Below, one piece after another: positions 19,470 through 31,300 of a stretch of 64,000 nt of DNA. Position numbers and translations under genes: made by a program. The number at the start of each line of letters is the position of its first letter. Position 1 is the stretch's first letter. Source of the stretch: Laspinema palackyanum D2c (GTDB lineage: Bacteria > Cyanobacteriota > Cyanobacteriia > Cyanobacteriales > Laspinemataceae); assembly GCF_025370875.1 (NCBI RefSeq), contig NZ_JAMXFD010000004.1:196777-260776 (forward strand). The letters are read 5' to 3'. Under the pieces are notes generated by a model that saw nothing but the letters and a program-made list of their open reading frames with translations, had not been told where the DNA came from and made no database searches.

Positions 19470-19883
19470 CTACGGTACAATCAGCACGGGACAAGGGGCC
19501 AGATTAATCACCCGGTTGGTGACACTATCGGCGAGACCCTCTTCCGTCAACCCGATCCCGCGACAACCCATAATCACGAGATCCGCATTGATTTCGTCCG
19601 CTACATCGCAAATGATAAAGGCAGGTTTTCCTTCCCGTTCAATGGTTTCCGCTGTGATACCTAGCTTAGAAAACATTGACTGAGCATTTTTGAGTAATTC
19701 TGCGATCGCCTCCGGGGTCATCACCCGTTCTGGAGGTGGCGGTTCCTCTCCCTCCACCTCAACCTCATTCACAGACAGCAAAATTAAGCGCGAGTTGAAG
19801 GTTTTGACCATTTGGGCCACCGTATCCGCCGCTTCACGGGACTCGCGACTTTCATCGATCGGAAAAAGAACAGTTTTAAACAT
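19470..19883 (-). CDS. Universal stress protein (UspA family).
   Basis: MFKTVLFPIDESRESREAADTVAQMV ... DLVIMGCRGIGLTEEGLADSVTNRVINLAPCPVLIVP. Confidence 0.8.
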   Translation of the reverse strand: MFKTVLFPIDESRESREAADTVAQMVKTFNSRLILLSVNEVEVEGEEPPPPERVMTPEAIAELLKNAQSMFSKLGITAETIEREGKPAFIICDVADEINADLVIMGCRGIGLTEEGLADSVTNRVINLAPCPVLIVP

Positions 19884-20077
19884 AGCAGCCGTGTTTAGGA
19901 CGCACTCAACGATAAAATGTTTACGGCAAACCTTCCAGATAGAGAGAGACTCATCTATCGTGACCCCATTAATGAGGTCAGTTTTGGGGTACTGCCTCGG
20001 CGCAGGAGTTAAATCCCACGCGCTATAAGCCGATTTTCTAGAAAACAGACCAAAAAACGCAATTAGGAGGGATCTTC

Positions 20078-21283
20078 ATGCCCAAGAAAACTGTAGCAAA
20101 TTTGTCAGCCTCAGACCTATCCGGTAAACGGGTGTTAGTTCGTGCTGACTTTAATGTACCCCTCGACGATGCTGGTAACATCACCGATGATACCCGGATT
20201 CGGGCTGCATTGCCGACGATTCAAGATTTAACGGGTAAAGGGGCCAAAGTTATTCTGTCCAGCCACTTTGGACGTCCCAAGGGTCAGGTGAATGAAAAAA
20301 TGCGCCTCACCCCAGTTGCCAAGCGCCTCTCGGAATTATTGGGTCAAGAAGTCATCAAATGCGATGACTGCATTGGCGATGAGGTGGCAAGCAAGGTCCA
20401 AGGCATGGAAAACGGCCAAGTTGCCTTACTGGAAAATGTCCGGTTCTATGCTGAGGAAGAGAAAAATGACCCAGAATTTGCCAAAAAGCTGGCTTCTGTG
20501 GCCGATTTGTATGTGAATGATGCCTTTGGAACGGCCCACCGTGCCCATGCTTCCACCGAAGGGGTGACCCATTACCTGAGTCCCTCGGTTGCTGGGTCTT
20601 TGATGGAGAAAGAACTGCAATACCTCAAAGGGGCGATCGAAGAACCTCAGCGTCCTCTGGCGGCGATTATTGGCGGTTCCAAGGTTTCTAGCAAAATTGG
20701 CGTCATCGAAACCTTGTTAGAGAAGTGTGACAAACTTCTCCTCGGTGGTGGGATGATTTTCACCTTCTTAAAAGCGCGCGGCATCAGCGTGGGGAATTCC
20801 TTGGTGGAAGATGACAAGCTAGAGTTAGCCAAGTCATTGGAAGCGAAGGCAAAAGAACGCGGCGTGGCGATGTTATTGCCAACCGATGTGGTGATTGCAG
20901 ACAAATTTGGTGCCGATGCCAATACGCAAATTGTCAGCGTGGAAAATATCCCGGATGGTTGGATGGGATTGGATATTGGTCCTGATTCCGTAAAAACCTT
21001 CCAAGACGCTCTTGCCGATTGCAAGACGGTGATTTGGAATGGACCGATGGGTGTGTTTGAAATCGACAAATTCGCCAAAGGAACCGAGGCGATCGCCCAT
21101 ACTTTATCCGAACTGACCCCCAAAGGCACTACCACCATCATCGGTGGTGGCGACTCCGTGGCAGCCGTGGAAAAAGTCGGATTGGCCGATAAAATGAGCC
21201 ACATTTCCACCGGCGGCGGTGCCAGCTTAGAATTACTCGAAGGCAAGGAACTCCCCGGAGTTGCCGCCTTAGATGAAGCCTAA
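20078..21283 (+). CDS. pgk: Phosphoglycerate kinase.
   Basis: 401 aa with canonical PGK motifs ([46 protein letters not shown]). A strong RBS AGGAGGG sits 8 bp upstream. Confidence 0.95.
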   Translation: MPKKTVANLSASDLSGKRVLVRADFNVPLDDAGNITDDTRIRAALPTIQDLTGKGAKVILSSHFGRPKGQVNEKMRLTPVAKRLSELLGQEVIKCDDCIGDEVASKVQGMENGQVALLENVRFYAEEEKNDPEFAKKLASVADLYVNDAFGTAHRAHASTEGVTHYLSPSVAGSLMEKELQYLKGAIEEPQRPLAAIIGGSKVSSKIGVIETLLEKCDKLLLGGGMIFTFLKARGISVGNSLVEDDKLELAKSLEAKAKERGVAMLLPTDVVIADKFGADANTQIVSVENIPDGWMGLDIGPDSVKTFQDALADCKTVIWNGPMGVFEIDKFAKGTEAIAHTLSELTPKGTTTIIGGGDSVAAVEKVGLADKMSHISTGGGASLELLEGKELPGVAALDEA

Positions 21284-21367
21284 GTATTGGGATATTTAGA
21301 CCGGGTGGGATACCCAGTCCTAGGGTGTAACGCTGCCTGAACCGAGGATAACTCTTTCAGGAGTTGA

Positions 21368-21395
21368 GTAGGGGTAATTCATCCATTACCCCTAC
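21368..21395. terminator. Hairpin (GTAGGGGTAAT-TCATCC-ATTACCCCTAC) between the convergent pgk and 21424(-) genes. Candidate bidirectional terminator.
   Basis: 11-bp perfect stem. Only a weak T tract follows (CTTTAG), so confidence is modest. Confidence 0.4.
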
Positions 21396-21423
21396 TTTAG
21401 CCCGGGAACGGTAAACTTGAATA

Positions 21424-21651
21424 TTAGAGTTGAGATTCATTTTTTGCCGTTTCAAAGGTCTGAACTTTTTCATAAAGACTATCAACGGTTTCCTGGGTAA
21501 AAAGTTGGTCTTTGGTTTTTAAATAATCCCCTTCTCCCAGTTTAATAGCTGCTACAAACCGAGCATAATTCAAGGGTTCTAGGTGATTCGATAAGATATT
21601 TAAGGCTTGTTGAATAACTTTTTGTTCGGTTGGTCTTTTAATTTTCATCAT
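21424..21651 (-). CDS. Hypothetical 75-aa protein immediately downstream of, and overlapping, the PIN-domain gene. Possible cognate partner (antitoxin-like) in reversed gene order.
   Basis: ORF overlaps the PIN gene by 14 bp, which suggests translational coupling. No recognisable domain. Confidence 0.4.
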   Translation of the reverse strand: MMKIKRPTEQKVIQQALNILSNHLEPLNYARFVAAIKLGEGDYLKTKDQLFTQETVDSLYEKVQTFETAKNESQL

Positions 21652-22075
21652 CCATCTCCAAAATAAAATCAGCGGGATTCATGACGAGTAGGTTTAGGGT
21701 TTTACACCGATTAATTAATCGTTTATCACAGGTTATAAAATAATCGCTCTGGCTCGCTTCAGCGCAGGCAACGTGCAAGGCATCAATGGCTTTGAGTCCC
21801 ATTTTTTCTAAGGTTTGGGCGCGTTGTCGAATCGACTCGTTGGCGATTTGCCGGAATGTGGCCCGACTCAGGTAAAAGTCAACGAATTTTGCCCGCTCAG
21901 AATTAGAGTTTCGGCTATTTTCATATTCTAAAACGTTGGAGTTCACTAATTCTACTTGCTGATCTTGAATCAGTTGTAAAATCAGCAGGACTGCTTGGGT
22001 TTCCAGGAATATCTTAACTTGAGACTGGTCATCAAAGGGGCGATTGTAAGCGATGGTATCAAGGTAAAGCCGCAT
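21638..22075 (-). CDS. PIN-domain protein (VapC-like ribonuclease).
   Basis: N-terminal LYLDTIAYNRPFDD (first acidic residue of the PIN fold) and C-terminal AIDALHVACAEASQSDYFITCDKRLI (the PIN Asp-containing motif). Confidence 0.65.
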   Translation of the reverse strand: MRLYLDTIAYNRPFDDQSQVKIFLETQAVLLILQLIQDQQVELVNSNVLEYENSRNSNSERAKFVDFYLSRATFRQIANESIRQRAQTLEKMGLKAIDALHVACAEASQSDYFITCDKRLINRCKTLNLLVMNPADFILEMDDEN

Positions 22076-22732
22076 TATATCATTTCCTTCGGCGATCGGG
22101 GGACTGCCTCTTGGGGATTACCCGTAAAATGTTCGACTCAGTAATGGGACTGAGTACCCTTATTATATAACCGAATTAAATCGTTGCTCATGGGGGGCGT
22201 GAAGGCATCTGATTTAAGATTGATTCACAATTGAATTTATTTTAAAGATTTATTGTGATTTCAAGGAACTTTTTTATAAGTAAGTAGACCTAATCAAAAA
22301 TATAGAGAAGCTGCTCCCTGGAAAAATGACAGCCTGAATGTCTTGTCCAGTAATTGTTAATCTACTTTCTATTAAGCGACTTTATCGGTGCCGATCGCCC
22401 CAATCTGCAACTAAAATCATTCCCAATCGCGCTATAATAATCTTTTGTCATTATTCACCGGGTGACGACGACTCCAATGCAGGTTAGAGAAATAGGGTTT
22501 GGATTGATTCAGTTATCAAAACTTAGCAGTCACTTCTCACATACTGGGACGTTTGATGAGTAAAGTTTTATTACATCAACCTTGACCATCCCCCATTCTC
22601 AATCGTTTACTGGAGTCGGGTTAAGCTCAAAAATCCCCCAAGGGAATCTCAGTACAATCGGTCAGTGCAATCTGGCGCTGCACCGTTCTCAACAGTCAAT
22701 AACCCCACTAACCCTATCTATTCAGTGAAGTC

Positions 22733-23695
22733 ATGAAAATAGCTCGAAATATTACTGAACTCGTCGGTCGCACTCCTTTAGTCGATTTAAACCGCATTCC
22801 TCAAGCCGAAGGTTGTGTGGCTAGAATTGTGGTGAAATTAGAAGGAATGAACCCCGCCTCTTCCGTTAAGGATCGTATCGGCGTCAATATGATTAATGTC
22901 GCGGAAGAGGAGGGGAGAATTATTCCGGGAAAAACCATCTTAGTTGAACCGACCTCGGGAAATACCGGAATTGCTCTGGCAATGGCCGCTGCCGCCAAGG
23001 GCTATCAACTGATTCTAACGATGCCTGAAACCATGAGTCAAGAGCGCCGATTGATGTTAGGCGCTTATGGGGCTAAGGTGGAATTGACTCCGGGCAATAT
23101 GGGGATGAAAGGGGCCATCTCTCGCGCTCAAGAAATTGTGGACAGTACCGCGAATGCCTATATGTTGCAACAGTTTAGCAACCCCGCCAACCCGCAGATT
23201 CATCGGGAGACGACAGCGGAAGAAATTTGGGAAGATACCGATGGTGCTGTAGACTTTGTGGTTGCTGGGGTCGGAACGGGTGGGACTTTAACCGGAGTGG
23301 CAGAAGTGCTCAAGGCGCGCAAACCCGGTTTTAAGGCGATCGCCGTTGAACCCACCACCAGTCAAGTCCTCACCGGCGGATCTGCCGGTCCCCACAAAAT
23401 TCAAGGCATCGGGGCGGGATTCATTCCCGATGTGTTGAAGGTAGAACTCATTGATGAAGTAATTGTGGTCAGCGATGATGAATCAATGGCCTACAGTCGT
23501 CGTTTGGCCCGGGAAGAAGGTCTCCTCTCGGGTATTTCTGCGGGTGCTGCCTTATGCGCCGCGATCCGCCTCGCTCAACGGCCAGAAAATGAAGGTAAAC
23601 TGATTGTGATGATTCAGCCCAGTTTTGGAGAACGTTACCTGAGCACTCCCCTCTTCCAAGACCCTGAACTTCAAGAGGCAGCAGCGATTAGTTAA
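22733..23695 (+). CDS. cysK: Cysteine synthase A (O-acetylserine sulfhydrylase).
   Basis: PLP-lysine motif [11 protein letters not shown] and the [10 protein letters not shown] Gly-rich loop. Protein is 320 aa. Confidence 0.9.
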   Translation: MKIARNITELVGRTPLVDLNRIPQAEGCVARIVVKLEGMNPASSVKDRIGVNMINVAEEEGRIIPGKTILVEPTSGNTGIALAMAAAAKGYQLILTMPETMSQERRLMLGAYGAKVELTPGNMGMKGAISRAQEIVDSTANAYMLQQFSNPANPQIHRETTAEEIWEDTDGAVDFVVAGVGTGGTLTGVAEVLKARKPGFKAIAVEPTTSQVLTGGSAGPHKIQGIGAGFIPDVLKVELIDEVIVVSDDESMAYSRRLAREEGLLSGISAGAALCAAIRLAQRPENEGKLIVMIQPSFGERYLSTPLFQDPELQEAAAIS

Positions 23696-23722
23696 TATCC
23701 CTTGCTTGATTTTTCCCCTGAA

Positions 23723-23774
23723 CTCGACACCGTGACCCAGAAACCCAATTTCTCGGTTACGGTGTCGAGTTTTG
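23723..23774 (+). terminator. Candidate cysK terminator (CTCGACACCG ... CGGTGTCGAG followed by TTTTG).
   Basis: 10-bp perfect stem with an unusually long (27-nt) loop, then a T tract. Confidence 0.45.
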
Positions 23775-23906
23775 CTTGGGGAATGGGACCCCGGTCACCA
23801 GGGACCGGAGAACCCTCTGGAGGCGATCGCCCCCATCTCCTGTTTACCCGATTGTAAAGAATTGTAAAACCCCCTAGACTCTCCCCTTAAGCGGAGGGTT
23901 TATCCT

Positions 23907-24254
23907 GTGTTTAACAGGAAAAAATTAAGCCCTGGAGAAGTCGAAATGAACGCAAGTTTATTCACCAAAACCGTCCTAGGAACCGCCGCCGCAGGTGTGA
24001 CCCTCTTAGTCGTCAGTGCCAATCCTTTGTTCGCACAAAGACCCCAAGGAACGGTCCCCCCCATGACTCTGGAACAGATGCAGCAACAGCACCAGGAAAT
24101 GAGGGTGCAGATGGAGGAAATGAGGGGGCAAATGCAGGAAATGCAAGAAATGAAAGAACGTTGCAAAGCTAAAATGAATGGTGGCATGGGCGGCGGAGAA
24201 AATGCCCCCAACCATCAAAACCAAGAAAACCATCAAAACCCTACCGCGCAGTAA
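23907..24254 (+). CDS. Hypothetical small secreted Gln/Met/Glu-rich protein.
   Basis: Signal peptide (MNASLFTKTVLGTAAAGVTLLVVSANPLFAQ), then a low-complexity Q/M/E-rich helical region. Start may be the internal MNASLF. Confidence 0.45.
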   Translation: MFNRKKLSPGEVEMNASLFTKTVLGTAAAGVTLLVVSANPLFAQRPQGTVPPMTLEQMQQQHQEMRVQMEEMRGQMQEMQEMKERCKAKMNGGMGGGENAPNHQNQENHQNPTAQ

Positions 24255-24453
24255 TCCAAAGAAGCGATCGGCCTCCAGGGGAAAGGTGAATCCGTTGAGT
24301 TCATCCCCTGGGTCCGTCAGGGTATTAAAAGATGTTTTTGAGAAAGAGGTGAGCGATCGCCTCTTTCTGTTTTTCAGGAGAATTGATGAAATTTTTAGAG
24401 GGGTATGATATAATTTCCCAAAGGTTATCCATGAGGAAGCAAAATAATTTATT

Positions 24454-24648
24454 ATGCAAATCAAAGGAATTAAAAAAGGTCGAAATATTGAAATATTTGA
24501 AGATTTAGATATTCCCGATGGTCAAGAAATTAGGTTGTCGATTGAGACAGGGGGAGAATTTTGGCAACGGCTTCAGGCCTTTCGCCGAGAACTGGATTCT
24601 GAGGGAATATGGATCGAGTCCGATGTTTTTGATGGGGTGCGGGATTAA
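24454..24648 (+). CDS. Hypothetical 64-aa protein.
   Basis: ORF only. AT-rich context. No recognisable domain. Confidence 0.3.
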   Translation: MQIKGIKKGRNIEIFEDLDIPDGQEIRLSIETGGEFWQRLQAFRRELDSEGIWIESDVFDGVRD

Positions 24649-25115
24649 TATTATCAAAAATTTTTAGAGGGGGAAGTCGAGAACTCGTTTAAATATATCT
24701 CTTGCAAAAAAATGTAGATTAATCTGGCTAAAATCTCTTTCACTCCCATCGTATCGCCTGAGAACTTCATCAATATCCATTATTTCTATGCTTTCCCTGA
24801 AGGGGGTTAACTTCCTTTTAATTTTACCAAAAACTGTTTCTCATACAGCTTTTAATAAACGTAGGGAAAAATTTACCCAAATCAATTGGACCAATCTGCT
24901 GGATGCAGCTACGGTGGGGGGCTTTGCCTCGCTTTGAGTCGGTTTTTAGTGCCAGGGTCCGCGATGGAGAGAGTACCGGGCGATCGCTCCAGATACGGAG
25001 TGGGTTAATATTGAGGGGATACTGATGCAGTTTTTCCCCTAAAACTACTCCTAAAATTACAACATCTACAAACTGACCCTGTTACAATCTTCCTACCTTT
25101 TCCCCCTAATTCTCC

Positions 25116-27014
25116 ATGACTGACACCGTTCTTGACGTTCGCAATCTGCAAGTCCAATTTTTCACCGAAGGAAGACCCGTTCAAGCTGTTGACCAGATTT
25201 CGTTTAAAGTCCCACGCGGCCAAACCATAGGCATTGTCGGGGAGTCGGGTTCTGGGAAATCCGTCACTTCCCTGGCGGTGATGGGATTAGTGCCGACTCC
25301 GGGACGGATTTCCGGGGGCGAAATTTGGTTTCGAGGGACTCAGGAAGAAGAACCCATCGATTTATTGACCCTGCCTCCCCAAGCGAAACAGCAGTATCGC
25401 GGGGGCAAAATTTCGATGATTTTTCAGGAACCGATGAGTTCTCTGAACCCGGTTTATAATATCGGATTTCAACTCACTGAAGCGATTTTACTGCATCATC
25501 AAGTATCAGAATCTGAGGCGAGAAGACGGGCAGTTGCTGCGTTACAAGAGGTGAAGTTGCTCCCGAGTGATGCCGAATTGCGCGAACAGGTGCAGCTACC
25601 CGAAACGGCAACGGACCGGGAAATCATGCAACAGGTGAATCAGCAAAAATTGGCAATTTTGAAGCGCTATCCCCATGAATTGTCTGGGGGTCAAATTCAG
25701 CGGGTGATGATTGCTATGGCGATTTCCTGTGACCCCACGTTGCTGATTGCGGATGAACCGACAACGGCCTTGGATGTGACAGTCCAGGCGAGAATTCTCG
25801 AATTAATGCGGGATTTGCGCGATCGCCGGGGAATGTCCATGATGTTTATTACCCATGACCTTGGGGTGATTGCGGAAATCGCCGATCAAGTGGCGGTGAT
25901 GTATCAAGGGAAAATTGTCGAACAGGGTTCAGTTTTGCAAATATTTTCTAATCCCCAACATCCTTATACAAAAGGTTTATTAGCTTGTCGTCCCCGTCCC
26001 GATCGCCGGTTAATTTATCTGCCGACGGTTTCGGATTTTATGGAAGTGGTCACCAATGCCAGTGGCGATCGCGAAATTCGAGAAAAACACAGCGAAACTC
26101 ACGATTCTCTGGATGGAGTAACAAACATCCAAGAAGTCAGTGAGGCGGACATCGAAAAACGGTTAACTGAGTTACAGCAAAAGTCTCCTCTGCTAGAAGT
26201 TCGTAACCTAGAAGTCGCTTTTCCGGTGCGCGGTATCTTTGGAGAAACCCAACGGTATGTGATGGCAGTGAATGGGGTTTCTTTTGAAGTGTATCCGGGA
26301 GAAACCTTGGGATTAGTGGGAGAATCCGGTTGTGGTAAAACCACCCTTGCTCGCACTTTATTAAGATTAATTGAACCCACTGCCGGGAAAGTCTTATTTG
26401 AAGGGCAAGATGTCGGCAAACTGGAAGGGAGAAAGTTGCGACAAGTGCGCCGAGAAATGCAAATTGTTTTTCAAAATCCCTTTAGTTCCCTTAATCCCCG
26501 GATGAGCATTGGGAACTTGGTGATGGAACCGTTAAAAATACATGGAGTCGGAGAAAGTTCACGCCAACGACGAGAGCGATCGGCCTATTTATTAGAACGA
26601 GTGGGATTAAATGCGGAATTGATGAATCGCTATCCTCATGAGTTTTCTGGAGGTCAACGCCAACGGATTTGTATCGCGAGAGCATTAGCGCTGAATCCTA
26701 AGTTTATTATTTGTGATGAATCGGTTTCGGCCTTAGATGTATCGGTCCAGGCGCAGGTGTTGAATTTGTTAAAAGAATTACAGGAGGAGTTTAAACTCAC
26801 CTATATTTTTATTTCCCATGATTTGAGTGTGGTCAAGTTTATGAGCGATCGCATTCTAGTCATGAATAAAGGCAAGATAGAAGAAGTGGGTCCCGCCGAA
26901 AGCATCTACAGCAACCCTCAAAAAGACTACACGCGATCGCTCATCGCCTCCATCCCCACCGGCACCCTCGATCGCATCCAAGAACAACAAGCACAGCGGC
27001 AGGTGTCGGCGTAG
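25116..27014 (+). CDS. ABC transporter ATP-binding protein with two fused ATPase domains (oligopeptide/dipeptide/nickel DppD/DppF-type).
   Basis: Two Walker A motifs ([16 protein letters not shown]), two ABC signatures ([18 protein letters not shown]) and two Walker B motifs ([24 protein letters not shown]). Confidence 0.9.
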   Translation: MTDTVLDVRNLQVQFFTEGRPVQAVDQISFKVPRGQTIGIVGESGSGKSVTSLAVMGLVPTPGRISGGEIWFRGTQEEEPIDLLTLPPQAKQQYRGGKISMIFQEPMSSLNPVYNIGFQLTEAILLHHQVSESEARRRAVAALQEVKLLPSDAELREQVQLPETATDREIMQQVNQQKLAILKRYPHELSGGQIQRVMIAMAISCDPTLLIADEPTTALDVTVQARILELMRDLRDRRGMSMMFITHDLGVIAEIADQVAVMYQGKIVEQGSVLQIFSNPQHPYTKGLLACRPRPDRRLIYLPTVSDFMEVVTNASGDREIREKHSETHDSLDGVTNIQEVSEADIEKRLTELQQKSPLLEVRNLEVAFPVRGIFGETQRYVMAVNGVSFEVYPGETLGLVGESGCGKTTLARTLLRLIEPTAGKVLFEGQDVGKLEGRKLRQVRREMQIVFQNPFSSLNPRMSIGNLVMEPLKIHGVGESSRQRRERSAYLLERVGLNAELMNRYPHEFSGGQRQRICIARALALNPKFIICDESVSALDVSVQAQVLNLLKELQEEFKLTYIFISHDLSVVKFMSDRILVMNKGKIEEVGPAESIYSNPQKDYTRSLIASIPTGTLDRIQEQQAQRQVSA

Positions 27015-27039
27015 TTCGTGGAGGATGGGGGTCTTCCCA

Positions 27040-27300
27040 GTTCGTAGTAACGACTTCAGTCGTTCTCTTTCTTAGTTCGTAGTAACGACTTCAGTCGTTC
27101 TCTTTCTTAGTTCGTAGTAACGACTTCAGTCGTTCTCCCCCTTGGGAAGGGATAAGGTGACTCGGACCTTTAATATTTAAGATGCGACCTTTAACGAACT
27201 GAAGAAACGACTGAAGTCGTTACTACGAACATAAAGAAACGACTAAAGTCGTTACTACAAACATTGGAAACGACTGAAGTCGTTACTACGAACAAAGGGA
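27040..27300. repeat. Composite palindromic repeat structure: three tandem ~36-bp hairpin units (TTCGTAGTAACGACTTCAGTCGTTCTCTTTCTTAG), a ~55-bp centre, then three units in inverted orientation (AAACGACTGAAGTCGTTACTACGAACA...).
   Basis: Read directly. Lies between the convergent 3' ends of the ABC gene and the WecB-like gene. Confidence 0.85.
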
Positions 27301-27307
27301 AACCTTC

Positions 27308-28045
27308 TTACTGACGGAGGGCGCTTTTCAGGGAAATCCAGGCGAAATGGGGCAATGCTAACATCCGTCGCCAACGCCAGGGTTCTTGATAGAGACGGTA
27401 GGCCCACTCCATCTGGAGGCGTTGCAACCAAACAGGTGCTCGTTCTTTTTGACCTGACCAAATATCGAAACTACCGCCAACTCCCACCCAAATTGCGTCG
27501 GGACATAAATGGCGATTTTCTCGAATCCAAAACTCTTGTCGGGGAACGCCTAATCCGACTAAAATCAAGCGGGGTTGCAGTTGTTGAAGGCGCGCTTTGA
27601 ATGCAGGTTCATTCTCTGGAGACAGATATCCGTCCTGGGTCCCGGCGATCGCCAATCCGGGTAACTCCGTTTGCCATCGCTTCGCCGCTATTTCAGCAAT
27701 TCCCGGTTTCCCCCCAAAGAAAAAGGTGGAACAGTCCTCCCCCAAATCCCCCGCTAACTGCACCAAGGACTCCGCCAGTTCAATCCCAGGACATCGCTGG
27801 ATTTTTCGACCTCTGACGAGAAAGTAAAACACCACTCCGGCACCATCAGGAATCACCAAATCCGCCTGATGAATCACCTCAGCGAGGTCCAGATTTTCTA
27901 GCGCTTGCATCGCCATTTCCGCATTCAGCGTCACGACCTGAGTACCCTGGCGTTGCTGCAACCGTGACTGTAACCAGTCTCGATAATGAGTGGTAATATG
28001 AACCGGCAGTCCCAATACAGAAAATTTTTGCAACACCTGTAACAT
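27308..28045 (-). CDS. WecB/TagA/CpsF-family glycosyltransferase (GT26).
   Basis: LVIPDGAGVVFYF ... FFFGGKPGIAEIAAKRWQTELPGLAIAGTQDGY ... LILVGLGVPRQEFWIREN ... VGVGGSFDIWSG. Confidence 0.85.
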   Translation of the reverse strand: MLQVLQKFSVLGLPVHITTHYRDWLQSRLQQRQGTQVVTLNAEMAMQALENLDLAEVIHQADLVIPDGAGVVFYFLVRGRKIQRCPGIELAESLVQLAGDLGEDCSTFFFGGKPGIAEIAAKRWQTELPGLAIAGTQDGYLSPENEPAFKARLQQLQPRLILVGLGVPRQEFWIRENRHLCPDAIWVGVGGSFDIWSGQKERAPVWLQRLQMEWAYRLYQEPWRWRRMLALPHFAWISLKSALRQ

Positions 28046-28309
28046 AACCCTTTTATTTTTAGACCCTTACTTCCAGCTTGCTAACGCCTCAGCTTATTCT
28101 TGACTAAATTTGATTTTAATTATATTTTAATTTGATTACCATTAACCTCAGTTTTATAAAAATTACGGATAATAAGGTGCGCGCTTATTTATAAAAATTG
28201 GTATTAAAGCGCCCGGATATTCTCTAGGGAGGGTAAAAGCCCCTTGCACCACTGAGGATAAACCCGCACTGCTCCCAATCTTACTGTTTATTCAACCCCC
28301 AACAACCTC

Positions 28310-31300
28310 ATGACCCTAACCTCAACCGAACGTCAAACCCGATTAGACTATTACTATCACCAGATCCAGTCCCTCATTCTGGTTCGCCAAAATCCGATTA
28401 CAGGGCTGTTACCGGCTTCTACCGCCATCAACGCCCACGGGGACTATACCGATGCCTGGGTGCGCGACAATGTTTATAGCATTCTCGCCGTTTGGGGGTT
28501 GGCCCTCGCTTATCGCAAAATGGATGATTCCCAAGGACGCACTTATGAGTTAGAACATAGTGTGGTGAAGTTGATGCGGGGATTGCTGTTTTGTATGATG
28601 CGACAAGCGGACAAGGTGGAACGCTTCAAAGAAACCCAATCTCTGTTGGATTGTTTACACGCTAAATTCGATACCCATACCGGAGATACAGTCGTCGGAG
28701 ATAATGAATGGGGACATCTCCAACTTGATGCAACTTCAATCTTTTTGTTGATGTTAGCTCAAATGTCCGTTTCCGGGTTATCCATCATTTATACGGTGGA
28801 TGAGGTTAATTTTATTCAAAACTTGGTTTATTATATTGGCCGAGCGTATCGCACTCCGGATTATGGCATCTGGGAACGGGGAAATAAAATTAATAAAGGC
28901 AATCCGGAGTTAAATGCTTCTTCGATTGGCATGGCACTGGCGGCATTGGAAGCGATTAATGGGGTGAATTTGTTTGGGGTCAAAGGGTCTCAAAATTCGG
29001 TGATTCATGTCCTGGCGGATGAAATTGCCCGGGCAAGGCAGACGTTGGAATCGATTCTGCCTCGGGAATCGAGTTCTAAGGAAGTGGATGCGGCGTTGTT
29101 GAGTATTATCACATTTCCGGCGTTTGCGATCGAGGATGGTCCGTTATGCGATCGCACTAAACAGAAGGTCATCAAAAAATTACAAGGGAAATACGGCTGC
29201 AAGCGGTTTTTGCGGGATGGACATCAAACGGTTTTGGAAGACCCCTGGCGCTTGCATTACGAACCCTGGGAACTGAAAAAGTTTGAGAATATCGAATGTG
29301 AGTGGCCGTTATTTTTCACTTACTTGTTTTTGGATGGGATTTTTAGAGGCGATCGCACCCAAACCGAAGAGTATAAAGAACGCCTCAACTCCTTGGTTGT
29401 CGAATCCTACGGATTGAAACTCCTCCCTGAGTTGTATTACGTTCCCGCAGACAAGGTAGAAGCCGAACGTGCCAATCCCCAGACTCAACCGCGTCTCCCC
29501 AATGAAAATCTCCCCTTAGTCTGGGCGCAAAGTCTATATTTCCTGGGTCTGATGCTGGATGAAGGGTTATTAGACCGAGGGGATATCGACCCATTAGGAC
29601 GTCGCCGCACCCTCACAGGACGCCGCCAACCTGTGGTGCAAATCGCCTTGCTTGCGGAAGATGAAGACCTCCAAACCGAACTCGCCTATCATGGCATCGC
29701 CACCCAAACTCCGGCAGAAGTCGAACCGATCCAAGTGCGACAAGCACGAGACCTCTCCCAAGTCTATCGGCAAATTGGCCGAAATGATAAATTAGGGCTA
29801 ACCGGACGACCCGTGCGCCGGTTGCGGAGTCTCACAAGTTCTAATATTTTTCGGATTCGCGGAGAAACGATTGTCTTCTTGCCGTCATTTTTAAACCAGC
29901 AGGAGTTTTATCTCACCTTAGATTATCACTTTTTAGTGTCAAATATCAAGGGTGAACTGGCCTATATCCATCGCCATTGGTGGCGCTATCCTCAAATTGG
30001 GGGTCATGGAGTAGGACGTCCTACGGTAACCTTGCTGCTAACTCATGCCATGTTAGAAACCGATGGGCGTGGTGAGGGATTTCTCCCAGCATTGCTGGAA
30101 CTGATGAAAGAATTGCGCGATGGGCACTGTGCAGGAACCCCGGTGAAGTTGGGACGACTGAATCAATTGATGCTCACCGGCAGCATTGAACGGATTGATT
30201 TTCTCCATGAATTTCAGTTTAGTGAGAATCCCGTACAAAATGCGGCCCCCGCTTGTTATTTTTTGGCTTACGATGCGGAGAAAAATGGGCCGTTAAGTCA
30301 TACTCAGGAGTTCATGCTAGAGAGTGAAACCGATCCGGGATTATTGTTGGATAGCTTGCGCTCTTCTTGTAATTTGTATGAGCAAATCGAATTGTTGCAT
30401 ACCCTGTATCGCTTGCGGGGATTAGAGTTTGAGACGGGACTGGCAGGACCCGGACGCCGAGTGACGGTGGCCGATTTGCTGAATGAAGTCTATTTTAAGG
30501 CAGGAACCGGGAAGGCGATCGGGGATTGTACCCTTGCCGGAAGTACCAAACGAAAGACTCCGAGAACCGAGGGGAATAGCACCGAGAATGCGGCACAAAA
30601 GCAGATTCATTGGTCCGTTGTCCGTCGCGCCGCAGGGTTGTTGAATAAAGTAGATATTGGGTTATCCGATGCGGTGACGGATATCCTGGTCCGACAAAAG
30701 CAGATTACCGTCGGGAAAGCTTACAGTGAGGCATCCCTGATTTCTCGTCCGATGTCTTATACAGAAATTGTGGACAAAATTCGGCTGTTTTGCGGAGAGG
30801 ACATTCGCGATCGCGTCTTGACTCAGGAGATTTTACTCTATCTGGGGTTATTAATCAAAGCCGAACCCGACTTATTTGATGGATTGCTAACCCTGCGCGT
30901 GAGTTACTTAATCTTGCTGATTACCAGTGAACTCGCCAAAGAATTAAACCTCACCCAAGATGAAGCTTATGAACGGGTGATGGAATTAAGTCCCTTTGAA
31001 ATTAATAATCGCTTGCGGGAAGTCTTGAAAGGATATGCAGGGATGAATAAACTTTTGAAAAAACAAGAATCTCTGCACGTTCAACAACAGGAACAAGAAA
31101 TTGACTGGGTAGTGCTTCCTTCCCCCAATGAAACCGAGGAAATCTCAGGAAATTGGCACCGACGGCGACAGTTAGATGGCGCGGCAGGACGAGTCCCGAA
31201 AGAGTTTTATCCTCGGGTGTGGCAAGTCATGCAACATTGTAAAGGGTTAGTGATTGGGGATAAATTAGAGCGCCGCAACCGCTTAGATAGTGAGTTGATT

